From the NCBI GenBank assembly GCA_965228855.1, contig CBDDIJ010000003.1, positions 544,001 to 608,000 of the forward strand: 64,000 nucleotides of DNA. Direction: 5' to 3'. The notes beneath the pieces are model-generated. The model had not been told where the DNA came from and ran no database searches. It was given only the letters and a program-made list of their open reading frames with translations. How positions within the stretch are numbered: the stretch's first letter is position 1; every line of letters begins with the position of its first letter. The stretch comes from Candidatus Obscuribacterales bacterium (lineage in GTDB: Bacteria; Cyanobacteriota; Vampirovibrionia; Obscuribacterales; Obscuribacteraceae). Of the stretch, positions 18,503-28,577 are shown piece by piece. Made by a program: the position numbers and the translations under genes.

Positions 18503-19411
18503 TTACCCTGTAGCTGATTTATTGTCCTCGTCGTCGCTTTCGGGGACGTCAAGGCAAACGACGTTGTTGAATAGAACTCGTCTCATTGTACGTTCTGCTC
18601 GAATTGCGATAAACGGATTGTCATCGTTACTGAGCTTTTCGAGCACTATAAATGGCATGTTGTGGTTCTCAGCCAGAGCGTATCTAACGTCGAGACTCTC
18701 GTCGTCAGCAAGTTTCACGAGTATTGAAACAGGACAGAGCGGATGCTCTGCTACTGCTTCCTTGACGTCGGCAAAATTACTCATCGCCAGTTCCGCCAGA
18801 ATTTCCGGCGTCGCATTCGGAGACTCCGCGATTGATAATTGCCTGCGCTTGAGCGCGGAGGCATCCATTGCATCTCCTGTTCCTACGATCATGGCAAATA
18901 TTTCCTCGTCATTGAGTTCGGGTTTAGAGCCCGTTTGAACTGCACGCCGCTGTGCCGCCCTCTGAGCCTCGGCCCTGTTGAAAGTTGCTGTTTCCTGTAG
19001 GGCTTCCGAGTAGTTCTCGACTAATTGACTCAATGCCTGGAAATGAACCGGGTCTATACTGGGCAGACCGGTATAACTTTGGCGACTCAAGGCGTCGCGA
19101 ACTTCCTTCCTGTGCTTCCAGTAGCCTGCCTGGGCTTGTGAGGATTTATAAGATTCCGGTGTTAAGTCTTGCTCTCGACTGTCACTGGATAAGTTATGCC
19201 CAGATTTCAGGACTTCATCTCTGTTGTCTTCAAACAGGGCTCTCGCAAGGTCGGCAGGGTTCGTTTTTTCTCCGGCGGCGAGATGGTTCGAGGTGACGTT
19301 CATTCCACTTTCCTCAGAGCGCATCCGGCTTTCGCACGAAGGTCCTTTTGTCACTCTATCAAATGTATTTCCAACAAAGCCATTGGAAAGGGCATGGTTA
19401 CTCAATTGCAT
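18503..19411 (-). CDS. Hypothetical protein with C-terminal leucine-rich-variant (LRV/HEAT-like) repeats
   Basis: Three approximately 24-aa repeats: IAESPNATPEILAELA / VAEHPLCPVSILVKLADD / LAENHNMPFIVLEKLSND; start uncertain. Confidence 0.7.
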   Translation of the reverse strand: MQLSNHALSNGFVGNTFDRVTKGPSCESRMRSEESGMNVTSNHLAAGEKTNPADLARALFEDNRDEVLKSGHNLSSDSREQDLTPESYKSSQAQAGYWKHRKEVRDALSRQSYTGLPSIDPVHFQALSQLVENYSEALQETATFNRAEAQRAAQRRAVQTGSKPELNDEEIFAMIVGTGDAMDASALKRRQLSIAESPNATPEILAELAMSNFADVKEAVAEHPLCPVSILVKLADDESLDVRYALAENHNMPFIVLEKLSNDDNPFIAIRAERTMRRVLFNNVVCLDVPESDDEDNKSATG

Positions 19412-19549
19412 CGAGTTTTCAATGCATGCTATTGCAATTTATGGGAAACCATTTAGAAACATACAGCTAGCCCGATACTTGCATCTCGGTCTGGTAAGGT
19501 ATACCTGAAGATAACCGAATACCGGCTTGGATGTGAGACAATTCGACGA

Positions 19550-21001
19550 ATGCGAATCTGGAACCTTCTCCTCTCAGCGCTGATGATTCTCTGCTTGGTA
19601 GTAGTCTCCCCGACTGCCACCCAAGCTTCATCGACCTCGCCCGATTGCGGCAAGCTTACTGAAGTCCAAGGTCATGTCTTCAAACGTGGCTTCAAGGATG
19701 AACGGAAGGAAGTTTGGAGCGAGCCGGTAGCTGCTCAAGTAGGCGATCTCGTGTCCGATGGTATGCAAGTCGGTACCGGCGAAAAATCTTGGACTCAGTG
19801 CACGTGGAGGCACGTGACAGCGAGAGCCTGGGAAAATTCGGTTTACATGGTATCGCCAAAACAAAAGCTTGTTTACCTCGTGGGCGGTGAGCTCTTGTTT
19901 AACCTGGACAAGCATCGTCCCGATAAAACCCCCTACTCTATCTGGACAAAATATCTTCACGCTACCGTGCGCGGAACCACTTTGCTAGTGCAGACAACGG
20001 AACTTGGCTCCAAAGTTTCGGTGCTTGAGGGCACGGTCGATGTTTTAAATCGTCTCGACAACAGTGTCGTGACTCTGACACCAGGGGTAGTGTATGAGGT
20101 GACGGCCAAAGATTCGAAGTCGGAAGTGGATAAAACTTCATTTAACTCTGGTATTACAGATGGTGCGTACATCGCCAATCAAGTCACCAGCGAGGAGCGT
20201 CTGGGTTTGCGAGGCACGCTCGAGGCCTTCGCCGGCAAAATAGATTTGACCGGCGGAGCAGGCATCGACCTCGGAATTGCAAATATCAACCCTGTAGTGC
20301 TCTTCGATTCTCTGTCGTCGACAACCATTGCCACGCTGACATCGCTTAATCAGGTAGTTTTACACCCGCTGTTGACTGACGTTTTCCAAACCCCGCTCTC
20401 GTCTATGTCTTTGATCAAGTCGGAGATGCCGCTCGTCAAGGTCGATTTGAGCAACCATCCTGCAACAGGTGTAAGTGAAACGCTTAAGGGAGTTTCAGTT
20501 CAGCAAGTTCCGATTCTAACTGCCTACAGTATCGGTTCCGATCTCCTGTCCCGCATGAAAGAGCGCGAAGTCGCGTTTCAACACTGGGGTCCTTCCGGCA
20601 TCGTATCCTGGAGTAAGGATGCCCGTGGTGCGCGAGCAGGTGAACTCTTTCGTGGCTCGATCTCGGACGTGACGTCAAAAGCAAACGGCCTGAGCGGTGT
20701 TCTCAACCGTGGAGGGGTGGTGCAATTGACTCAGTTTAATAGTATGGGAGCTAATTTGCAAAATGCCAGTCGTTCACTCGGTGTGACTACCTCCAATGTG
20801 CTGAGAGGCACTAACGGCGCGGTCGGCGGTGTTGTGAACGGCGCACTTGGTGGCGTTGGTGGTGCGGTCGGCAGCACGCTCGGCGGCGCCTCCGGTGCAA
20901 TCGGTGGCGTCGGAAACACTGTAGGCGGCACCGTGGGCGGTCTGGGCGGGTCGCTCGGCGGAGTTCTCGGTGGTGGTGGACTCGGAGGTCTGCTAAAGTA
21001 G
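19550..21001 (+). CDS. Secreted FecR-domain protein with Gly-rich C-terminal tail
   Basis: Signal peptide; GDLV.DG.QV.TG, ATVRGT, VSVLEGTVDV FecR motifs; tail of GGxxG repeats. Confidence 0.85.
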   Translation: MRIWNLLLSALMILCLVVVSPTATQASSTSPDCGKLTEVQGHVFKRGFKDERKEVWSEPVAAQVGDLVSDGMQVGTGEKSWTQCTWRHVTARAWENSVYMVSPKQKLVYLVGGELLFNLDKHRPDKTPYSIWTKYLHATVRGTTLLVQTTELGSKVSVLEGTVDVLNRLDNSVVTLTPGVVYEVTAKDSKSEVDKTSFNSGITDGAYIANQVTSEERLGLRGTLEAFAGKIDLTGGAGIDLGIANINPVVLFDSLSSTTIATLTSLNQVVLHPLLTDVFQTPLSSMSLIKSEMPLVKVDLSNHPATGVSETLKGVSVQQVPILTAYSIGSDLLSRMKEREVAFQHWGPSGIVSWSKDARGARAGELFRGSISDVTSKANGLSGVLNRGGVVQLTQFNSMGANLQNASRSLGVTTSNVLRGTNGAVGGVVNGALGGVGGAVGSTLGGASGAIGGVGNTVGGTVGGLGGSLGGVLGGGGLGGLLK

Positions 21002-21025
21002 CCAGTAAACGGAGGCCTGCTTTAA

Positions 21026-23431
21026 GTGGAAGTCCAATCGGCTGGTCGAAAGCAAAAACAGATAACCCTGAGCGAGTTGTTCCTGATCTTCGTCGCCGCT
21101 GCTTTATGCTTTGGACTGCTTTTTCAGTTTCTTGGATTGTTTAGAAGGTTTGAACTTCAAACAATCAATCACCGCTTTGAAGCCCGCAACTGGTTTAAGT
21201 GGAACGAGATTAGCCTTGCTCGTTTGAATCCCATAGCGCTGTTCGATTACCACGAGAAAAACGAAATACCGAAGACCTGGTGGAGTTGGGACTACACTTT
21301 GTCCTGGCTTATCGGAGACAATCACGCTGAGCCGAAGTTGAAGGTTGTTATTTTCAATCGCCTTCTCGAAGATGAACCTCCTCAGGAGGCTGTTAGTTCG
21401 CATCCCTGGATGAAACCTTTGTTGAGCTATCCGTTACCGCGCGAGACATTGTCGCAGATGGTCGCGTTTATCGCCAACTCCGGCGCACGAGCGATAGTGC
21501 TTGACTATGATTTCCCTCAGTACGCCGAGGGTGACAAAGAGCTTGCCCAGTCGATTTACAAGGCTCGTGCCGGCATCATAAATTTACCTGTCTTTATGGC
21601 CAATACGGTGCACTCTGGCACCGCCAATAATATCAATCAACTTCAGCAACCTGTAACCAGGAGTGGTGTCATTCGCGAGTTGGAAAAGCTTGAGCCGGAG
21701 GTTGACGTTGTCGATAAATACACCGGTCTCACCGGTGTTCTCCAGGACGAAGATCAAGTAGTTAGACGCATGGTTCTCAAGCTTCATTTGCCTGATGGAA
21801 AAGAATACGAATCGGTAGTGACTAAATTACTCCATAGTTTGAATGAAACCGTTGCTTCAAACACTCCTGAAGTAATTGATGTTGATTTCATCACCGTTCC
21901 GAACTCCGAAACCTTTCCAGTCCGCCCGCTGTCTTACCTGCTAGACCCTGAACTAAAGAAGAAAATCGTGCAGAGAGGAGGAAAAGACGTATCGCTTAAG
22001 GATGCAATAGTCATAATCGGAGATGGTATCAGTGACGTCTATGACACACCGCTGACTAATCTTGGTGCCAATCGGAGGTCCGGAGCGGAACTCTTGGCGC
22101 AGGGACTGGATACAATAGTGCGGCAGAGCTGGCTGCAGCGGGTGACCGTTCCACAAGAATATATCTTCGTCGCGCTCATGGCTATTATTGGAGGGATAAA
22201 CTTTGTGGCGTTCCGCTACCTGTCCGGAGTGCGGAATGCTGATGACCTGCTTCACCGGCGTGGTTCGCTGGCGGTATGGACCGATGTCGGTTTATTTGTC
22301 TCTTCGCTCCTGGGCGTCTATTTTGTTGCCAACATTTTGTTTTCTTATGCCCACATGATAGTACCGCTTGTGGTGCCGGCAATCGCCATCACGATAGCTA
22401 CACTCATTACAGTTTTGTGGGAGCGTGATCGAATCAGAGTCATGTCGCTGCTCAATCAAGTGAAATCATCTCAAGAAAAACTCATACTGGCTCAGGAGAA
22501 GCATGATGCTCAATTGGCTTACCAGGCGAGTCTTGCCGAGCAGCGCGCCATGGAAGAGGACCGCAGTCGCAGGCACGATATGGTACGGCGGCTAAACCAT
22601 GACCTGAAGGCGCCAATATCTGTTTTCAACTGGACCCTCGCCAAAGTGCTCAAGGACAGAGAGCCGGATGACCCGATGTATGTGGTTTTTCAACGCCTGA
22701 AGAAGAGCTCTGAACATCTTTCGAATTTGCTTACCGAGATATTGCAGTCGCTCGCCGAGGATGGTGGACCGGAACGCAATAAAGTGATGATTTGCGAGAT
22801 CACATCCGTGCTCAAGGAACAGTCCGAACTGGAACGCTCGCTTGCCGAGATTACCGGTTCTGAAGTAATTCTGAGTCTGCCTGAGTGGGATGGGTTGACC
22901 TGGGTCATTGGGACAGAACTCGAAATCGCGCGAATTGTCGACAACATCGTAGGTAATGCTCTCAAGCATAATCCGGCTGGGACGCGCGTCGAGATATCGA
23001 TGCCTACTTCCGATTGGAACGACGAGCTTGTAATGGTTTCAATCAAAGATAACGGCAAAGGAATTGCAAAAGATGACCTGGAGCGCATTTTTCAATCGGG
23101 CTTCCGCGCAGGTGGGGCGCGTCAAGAAGGTGAGGGGCTTGGACTTAGCATCGCTATGAACCTGGCAACTAAAATTGGCGGCAAAATTGTGGTTGAAAGC
23201 GAAGTCGGCGTTGGAACCAGGTTTGACATCACGTTCCAAAGATATAAATCCACTTTGGACGAGACGTCTGATATTAGGCTAGACCAGGTATCTATGGCTG
23301 CTCTGGAGAATAAGGTCGTGAATTCAGGCCGGACAGATGATGACGACGACGCATCCGGAATGCTAAAAGGAAGTAACCAACCGGGTAGTGACAGCGAGGA
23401 GACAGAAAAATATACTGAGGCTCCCAGGTAA
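21026..23431 (+). CDS. CHASE2-domain sensor histidine kinase
   Basis: TM, PLPRE..., GARAIVLDYDF, DEDQVVRR, SGAELLA (CHASE2), 3 TM, HDLKAP H-box, NIVGNALKH, DNGKG, GEGLGL. Confidence 0.92.
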   Translation: MEVQSAGRKQKQITLSELFLIFVAAALCFGLLFQFLGLFRRFELQTINHRFEARNWFKWNEISLARLNPIALFDYHEKNEIPKTWWSWDYTLSWLIGDNHAEPKLKVVIFNRLLEDEPPQEAVSSHPWMKPLLSYPLPRETLSQMVAFIANSGARAIVLDYDFPQYAEGDKELAQSIYKARAGIINLPVFMANTVHSGTANNINQLQQPVTRSGVIRELEKLEPEVDVVDKYTGLTGVLQDEDQVVRRMVLKLHLPDGKEYESVVTKLLHSLNETVASNTPEVIDVDFITVPNSETFPVRPLSYLLDPELKKKIVQRGGKDVSLKDAIVIIGDGISDVYDTPLTNLGANRRSGAELLAQGLDTIVRQSWLQRVTVPQEYIFVALMAIIGGINFVAFRYLSGVRNADDLLHRRGSLAVWTDVGLFVSSLLGVYFVANILFSYAHMIVPLVVPAIAITIATLITVLWERDRIRVMSLLNQVKSSQEKLILAQEKHDAQLAYQASLAEQRAMEEDRSRRHDMVRRLNHDLKAPISVFNWTLAKVLKDREPDDPMYVVFQRLKKSSEHLSNLLTEILQSLAEDGGPERNKVMICEITSVLKEQSELERSLAEITGSEVILSLPEWDGLTWVIGTELEIARIVDNIVGNALKHNPAGTRVEISMPTSDWNDELVMVSIKDNGKGIAKDDLERIFQSGFRAGGARQEGEGLGLSIAMNLATKIGGKIVVESEVGVGTRFDITFQRYKSTLDETSDIRLDQVSMAALENKVVNSGRTDDDDDASGMLKGSNQPGSDSEETEKYTEAPR

Positions 23432-23434
23432 ACG

Positions 23435-24124
23435 ATGACGACAAAAGTCTTGATAATTGATGATGACGAGGCCTTCGTCGAGATTCTCGCAGAGTTTCTC
23501 GAAGACGACGGTCAGATTAAGGTCGTCGACAAGGTCGGCTCGGAGCGAGACTGTCAAGAGTGGCTGGCTTCCGGCAAGCTTGAAAGCGTTGACGCTGTCG
23601 TGCTCGATTTGCGCCTGCCCTTCGAGAGCGGAGACAAGCGGACCGATAGCCGAATCGGGCTGCGGATTTTGAATTCTCTGCGTGATACTCATCGATTTTT
23701 CGGACCGATTATCGTCCTGACCAACTCACGTGACTCCGCCGACGGTAAAGAAGCGCTTGGAAACGGTTGCGATGGTTATTTATGCAAACATGCGCCTGCC
23801 GACCAGGTGCCGGTTATGGTCAACGAGTTGAAAATGGCGCTGCTCGGTGATGTCGTGATAGTTTCCAGAGAGCTTCGGCATGTCTTCTTTCGTGATGACG
23901 TGTCGGCAAAGGAAGCTAAACTGATGGACCTCTTGAGCCAGGACCGCAGCTGGAGCGAGATCGCGCAAGCGTTGGGCTACAAAAGTTCAAAGGCTGCCGC
24001 GAATGTCGGCGATAGAATTTTCGACAAAATACTAACAGAGGAAGATCGCAGACGTCTCGTCAATAACGGCGTGAAAAAACGTGATTTAGCTCTTGAAGTT
24101 TGGCGTGCGCGCCACCGTTCGTGA
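23435..24124 (+). CDS. Response regulator (REC plus LuxR/NarL-like HTH)
   Basis: IIDDD, VLDLRLP, IVLT, YLCK; C-terminal SAKEAKLMDLL....SEIAQALG; 3 nt after the kinase stop. Confidence 0.88.
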   Translation: MTTKVLIIDDDEAFVEILAEFLEDDGQIKVVDKVGSERDCQEWLASGKLESVDAVVLDLRLPFESGDKRTDSRIGLRILNSLRDTHRFFGPIIVLTNSRDSADGKEALGNGCDGYLCKHAPADQVPVMVNELKMALLGDVVIVSRELRHVFFRDDVSAKEAKLMDLLSQDRSWSEIAQALGYKSSKAAANVGDRIFDKILTEEDRRRLVNNGVKKRDLALEVWRARHRS

Positions 24125-24154
24125 TACCACTAGAGAACCTGATAAGGACGGAGA

Positions 24155-25213
24155 ATGCTTAAACCAATTTTTTCACCCGTACTGGCATTCGTTTTGTTGA
24201 GCGGTGTACTTTCGTTTGCCTGCACGACGTCCGCCGAAGCGAAGCCGGATAAGCGGAAAGCCGCGCAAGAGCGCGCTCGCCAAATTGCCGGTCACAACCT
24301 GGCGTTAGAAGGTCATACTGCCTTCAAACAGAAGCGTTTCGATGATGCCATCGCGAAGTTTACTGAAGCAGCAAAATTGAAACCGCTCGATCCTTCAGTG
24401 AATTATTTCCTGGGATTGTCGGCCATGTACAAAGATGACTACAAGCTGGCCGAGAAGGCTCTGAGTCGTGTGGTGGTGATGTCCGGACCAAAAGATAAGT
24501 TCGCGGTAAGCGCATTGCAGTGTTTCGATTCCCGCCGCAAGGAGTTTGAGCGCGCTCGACCATATAGTTGTTTGATAAGCGGTGGAAAGTTCTGGCGATG
24601 GGCGAAGGAACGCATGCCGATCAATGTCTATCTTTCTAACGGAAGCCAGCTGCCGAAGGGCTTTGTCGGCAATGATTTGAATCCGCAAAAGATGAAACAG
24701 CTGTCCGGCTGGTTTCGCGATCCAAAGTTTGTTTCTCGTCTCCAGGTTCTTCGTCATTTCCGACCCGAGTATGCCTCTGCTGTCAAAGCGGGTTTAAACG
24801 ATTGGGGCTGGGCAAACACGGAAGGATTTTTGAAATACCAGATTGTTGACGACCCGTCGAAGGCCGATATTCTAGTTTTCTACTGCTCTAATTTAAATGG
24901 CAATTTGCCTTCGATGAGCACTATTCCCGAAGGGCGTCACGACCCGGTCGTCGTTCAATTCCCCGTCGAGTACTTCTATAAGCTGCCGCTGGATACATGG
25001 CCGACCGTGATTCGCTCAATTGCCGGGCATGAATTTGGTCACGCATTCGGTTTGCAACACAGTGATTTTAAACGTGACTTGATGTATCCAACAGACAAGA
25101 TCAAGTTTGTGCATCGCAACACTGATCAGACCGGTCCCAACGTCGTGACAAACAATGATGCCGCAACCTTGCGTGCTCTGTATGACTTGCCTGCGCCTAT
25201 TTTGAAGAAGTAG
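24155..25213 (+). CDS. Secreted TPR plus matrixin-like metalloprotease
   Basis: Signal peptide, two TPRs, HEFGHAFGLQHS and DLMY Met-turn. Confidence 0.88.
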   Translation: MLKPIFSPVLAFVLLSGVLSFACTTSAEAKPDKRKAAQERARQIAGHNLALEGHTAFKQKRFDDAIAKFTEAAKLKPLDPSVNYFLGLSAMYKDDYKLAEKALSRVVVMSGPKDKFAVSALQCFDSRRKEFERARPYSCLISGGKFWRWAKERMPINVYLSNGSQLPKGFVGNDLNPQKMKQLSGWFRDPKFVSRLQVLRHFRPEYASAVKAGLNDWGWANTEGFLKYQIVDDPSKADILVFYCSNLNGNLPSMSTIPEGRHDPVVVQFPVEYFYKLPLDTWPTVIRSIAGHEFGHAFGLQHSDFKRDLMYPTDKIKFVHRNTDQTGPNVVTNNDAATLRALYDLPAPILKK

Positions 25214-27845
25214 AGGCGCCGGCCGTTTCCTTGCTTTTCGCGTCGTCTATGACGCGAATCGTGCCTCTGTTTCCATCGACTTCCACCATAGTGCCATCCT
25301 CCCAGAGTTTGGTGGCACCGGTGACACCACCAACACAAGGCAGTCCATACTCGCGGGCGACCAGGGCTCCGTGTTGGAGCAATCCGCCTACCTCCAGCAC
25401 CACAGCTGCTGCATTTACAAACAGAGGTGTCCAGCCGGGATCAGTGGCACGAGCTACCAGAATGTCACCGTACTCGAGCGGTTTCTCTTCTGCCCAGTGC
25501 AGGACTTTAATGGGGCCACGAGCAATGCCGTTTGATATCGGAGTTCCAAGCACAGAGCCATCCTCCGAGGTCTGGCGCCGCGTAGCTCTCAATATTTTGC
25601 CCCTTGAGTCAATTAGTGCGGGCAGTTGCGAAACCGTGGCAAGTTTGTCTGCATGCCGGCGATTATCTTTTCCGAGCTCAACGAGATCCACTTTCTTGTT
25701 GCCGACTTTCTTTTCGAAGTCTTCAAGTTTTAAATCGAATAATTGCTCAATGTTTTCGATTCGTTTTTTCGAGACAAGTTTCTCTCCTTCCTCTATCAGT
25801 CTTGAGCGAAGCGCGTCAATCGCGTAAATCAAACAGTACTTCGGCATCTCGCGATAGCCGCCGAAGACCTCCCAGCAGCGATATAGAAACTTGAATCGGT
25901 GATATCTTTTGGCGTCGGTTTTCTCCAAATAATTGCAGATTTCTTGGTAGGCCTTTTCGCGTAAAGCCTTGTTGTTCTCGTAACGAGCTATCGGGTTGCT
26001 CTCCTGGTTGGATGAGCGCAGAAGGGTTTGAACCTGGTCGAATAGAAGGGTGGCTTCATCACGATTGCGCGCCGCTGCAATATCCAGTTCTTTGGGACCA
26101 CGATGACCGAATTTGTCAATGAAGTCGTGCCAGCGTTCCATAAACTCAGGCGAAAGCGTCTGATCCTGAATGTCAGAAGAACCAGCGTCAGGCGGCAGTT
26201 GTTGTGCCATGTCGTATAAAGCAAGACCCATCTCGATGGTTATGTTGTTGGGCATCGCCAGTTCAAGATTCTTGATCTGCTCCGGATCTGCTCCTGCTGC
26301 GCATTTCTTCATGCGCTCGAGCGACCATCTTCCTGCAGCCATTGCCGGCATGACATGGTCACGCACGCAATGAATTCCGCGGGTCAGGACTTTCTGAGCA
26401 ATCTGTGAGATTGTTCCTTTAGACGCTGCATCTTTTCGAACTTGAACCTTGAAGCGTTCGATTTCCATCTTCGTCTCGCGAAGAGCTTTCTCGGGAAATG
26501 TTCGAGCAAATAGAATCTTTGGCACCATACTCAGGAGCTTTGGACCGGCCTTTACCGGGGCAAGCTTTTGCCAGACTTGGTGGTCCACATAGGTCTTGAG
26601 GTCTACCTCCTCAAGCGCGCTGGCAGCAAGTGGATCCATCACGCTTAACAAATCTGTGACCTTATGTTTTCCGACGATTCCCATGATGTGAGAAAGAACA
26701 GCGTAAATTCTGCCGTCGCTTACTGAGACGATCGAGTGATTCAAGTCCTCACCGGCGAACTCGATACCGATCACGGCTCGCGGCCACTCTGTCAGCAGCT
26801 TGCGCAGCACCGATGTGCCCATCACTGATATCGGCTTATCAAAGGCTTGAACTGATAGTGACACATCCCAGTAAAGTTTGCGAGGATGCCCTGGAGGAGT
26901 AACCAGTGATGGTGGCAGTTGAACGTATGAAGTTACCGGCCGAGCTTGAAGAATGTATTCGAGATCGCCTTCGAGTGCCCATTCAACGTCAACAGGCTTT
27001 CTGAAGACTTCTTCCAGTGTCTTGATATATCTCGTAAGAGATAAAACGTGTCCATCGCCGATGGAAAATTCGTTGGCTACTGAATCATCTGAGATCGAGG
27101 TTGTGCCACCACCGTCGTTCAGCATCACTCGCTCTTCCTTTGCGCCTAGAAGACGTTCTCTAACGCGCATGGAGACTTTGTCTACGACGATGGTATCGGG
27201 AGTGCAAATTCCGGATACTACCGATTCGCCTAGTCCGAAATTCGCGTTGAATACAGCCTCGTCGTAATCATTGGTAAGCGGATTTATTGAGAATGCGACA
27301 CCGGATGCGGTGCTGTTGATCTGCTTTTGAACGACTACTGCAATTCTTGGGTCGTGTATGTCGAACCCGTGCTGGTTCTTATAAGCCAGCACGCGGAAGT
27401 CCATGCTAGACGAGAACGCCGTGCGGACGGCATCGAGGATTTTGGCGCGCTCGACACCGAGCACTGTTTCGTATCCGCCCGCGAATGACGACCCCTCCAG
27501 ATCCTCAGCGGGTGAAGAAGAACGGACGGCAAAGAGTGTGTCATCTGAAAACGACGCGACCGCATCGTCAAATTCCTTTTGCTGCTGCTGCGAAAAATTT
27601 TGTTGACGCGCAACTTGTTTCAGATTATCACAGCAAGACTTCAGATTCTCTTTGTCGGCGTGTACAAACTGCTTCCACTCGTCGGTCAGTTTTAAAGCAT
27701 CCAGCCAGCCCTGGAAAAAATCGACTGTGAGGACGAATCCTGGAGGCACCGGAAGACCCAATTGCGTCATTCTGATAAGCGACTGGCCTTTGCCGCCAAC
27801 TTTGCTTAATTGCGCTGTGAGCGCTCCAGGAAAAGGAACAATCAT
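25197..27845 (-). CDS. PEP-utilising phosphotransferase with rifamycin phosphotransferase (RPH)-type architecture
   Basis: N-terminal PPDK ATP-grasp (VGGKG, VPPGF, AVRSS..EDL..SFAG), helical middle (FGHRGPKELDI), C-terminal swivel His domain (TDPGWTPLF, HGALVAREYGLP); 882 aa. Confidence 0.8.
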   Translation of the reverse strand: MIVPFPGALTAQLSKVGGKGQSLIRMTQLGLPVPPGFVLTVDFFQGWLDALKLTDEWKQFVHADKENLKSCCDNLKQVARQQNFSQQQQKEFDDAVASFSDDTLFAVRSSSPAEDLEGSSFAGGYETVLGVERAKILDAVRTAFSSSMDFRVLAYKNQHGFDIHDPRIAVVVQKQINSTASGVAFSINPLTNDYDEAVFNANFGLGESVVSGICTPDTIVVDKVSMRVRERLLGAKEERVMLNDGGGTTSISDDSVANEFSIGDGHVLSLTRYIKTLEEVFRKPVDVEWALEGDLEYILQARPVTSYVQLPPSLVTPPGHPRKLYWDVSLSVQAFDKPISVMGTSVLRKLLTEWPRAVIGIEFAGEDLNHSIVSVSDGRIYAVLSHIMGIVGKHKVTDLLSVMDPLAASALEEVDLKTYVDHQVWQKLAPVKAGPKLLSMVPKILFARTFPEKALRETKMEIERFKVQVRKDAASKGTISQIAQKVLTRGIHCVRDHVMPAMAAGRWSLERMKKCAAGADPEQIKNLELAMPNNITIEMGLALYDMAQQLPPDAGSSDIQDQTLSPEFMERWHDFIDKFGHRGPKELDIAAARNRDEATLLFDQVQTLLRSSNQESNPIARYENNKALREKAYQEICNYLEKTDAKRYHRFKFLYRCWEVFGGYREMPKYCLIYAIDALRSRLIEEGEKLVSKKRIENIEQLFDLKLEDFEKKVGNKKVDLVELGKDNRRHADKLATVSQLPALIDSRGKILRATRRQTSEDGSVLGTPISNGIARGPIKVLHWAEEKPLEYGDILVARATDPGWTPLFVNAAAVVLEVGGLLQHGALVAREYGLPCVGGVTGATKLWEDGTMVEVDGNRGTIRVIDDAKSKETAGASTSSK

Positions 27846-28009
27846 CTTTTTTTTCTCTGACCGCGATTAGAGTGGGAGCAAGCCGCTCTTCAAAGAAGCG
27901 ACTTCGTTCGAGTCAGACCAGTTTAGCTTAGTTGAAGCTTCAGGTGCGCTCTTAGTCATCCATTCTCAACTATTGAAACGAATGGGGACACTGGCTGTTC
28001 CGGTCAAAA

Positions 28010-28429
28010 TCATTGCAAACGCTGGTGTCCGGAGGAGTTGTAATAGTCACCGGCACCGTTCCGCCGGATTATCCAACGTTTTGTTCTCTTCTGGCTGGCC
28101 AGCGTTATTTCACCGCGCGCGTCATCGTAGCGCGCGTCAGAGAGATAACGTGTCAAATTTGGAATGCTCTCCACCGGCGCTTGAATAAATGGTTTCCCGA
28201 TCGCTTCGTTGCTGACCATTCTTCCGAGCCACTGATCTTCCAGATCTGGCAGGCGCTTGACGATAGTTAAAACAGTTTTGTCCGATGAGGTGCAAATCAA
28301 TTCGATGACCGAACCGGTTATTGAATCGAAGGTTACCTCGAAGCCATGCCCACGGGCGTCGAGGAAGGTTCTTGTCACAAGGTCGGCGATCTCAATGTCG
28401 TGGCAGCTGGGAATGTGATTGAAGCCCAT
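28010..28429 (-). CDS. Hypothetical protein (about 139 aa)
   Basis: ATG at 28429 (MGFNHIPSCH) avoids overlap with the divergent 28578 gene; no family recognised. Confidence 0.5.
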   Translation of the reverse strand: MGFNHIPSCHDIEIADLVTRTFLDARGHGFEVTFDSITGSVIELICTSSDKTVLTIVKRLPDLEDQWLGRMVSNEAIGKPFIQAPVESIPNLTRYLSDARYDDARGEITLASQKRTKRWIIRRNGAGDYYNSSGHQRLQ

Positions 28430-28577
28430 TTTGTGATCCTCGGATTCGGAACATAAACACAACGCGTCCGTTCTGAGTATTAGGGCGTTGTCAATGGAAG
28501 CGCAACTTTTGCTCGGCTGTCGTGTATTGGTTTCAAAGCACTGTATTGTCACCAAGAGAGTTATCTTATAAAACTGA

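Noticed and set aside
25197..27845. Calling the gene ppsA/PEP synthase
   Set aside because: The His-swivel domain is C-terminal and there is no C-terminal PEP-binding barrel.
27907..27918. 12-bp match ttcgagtcagac also at 63842
   Set aside because: 12-mer matches are expected by chance in 64 kb and the flanks do not extend.
27846..28009. Hairpin upstream of the RPH-like gene as a rifamycin-associated element or terminator
   Set aside because: Imperfect stem, no clear match to the actinobacterial element as I recall it, and no adjacent U-tract.
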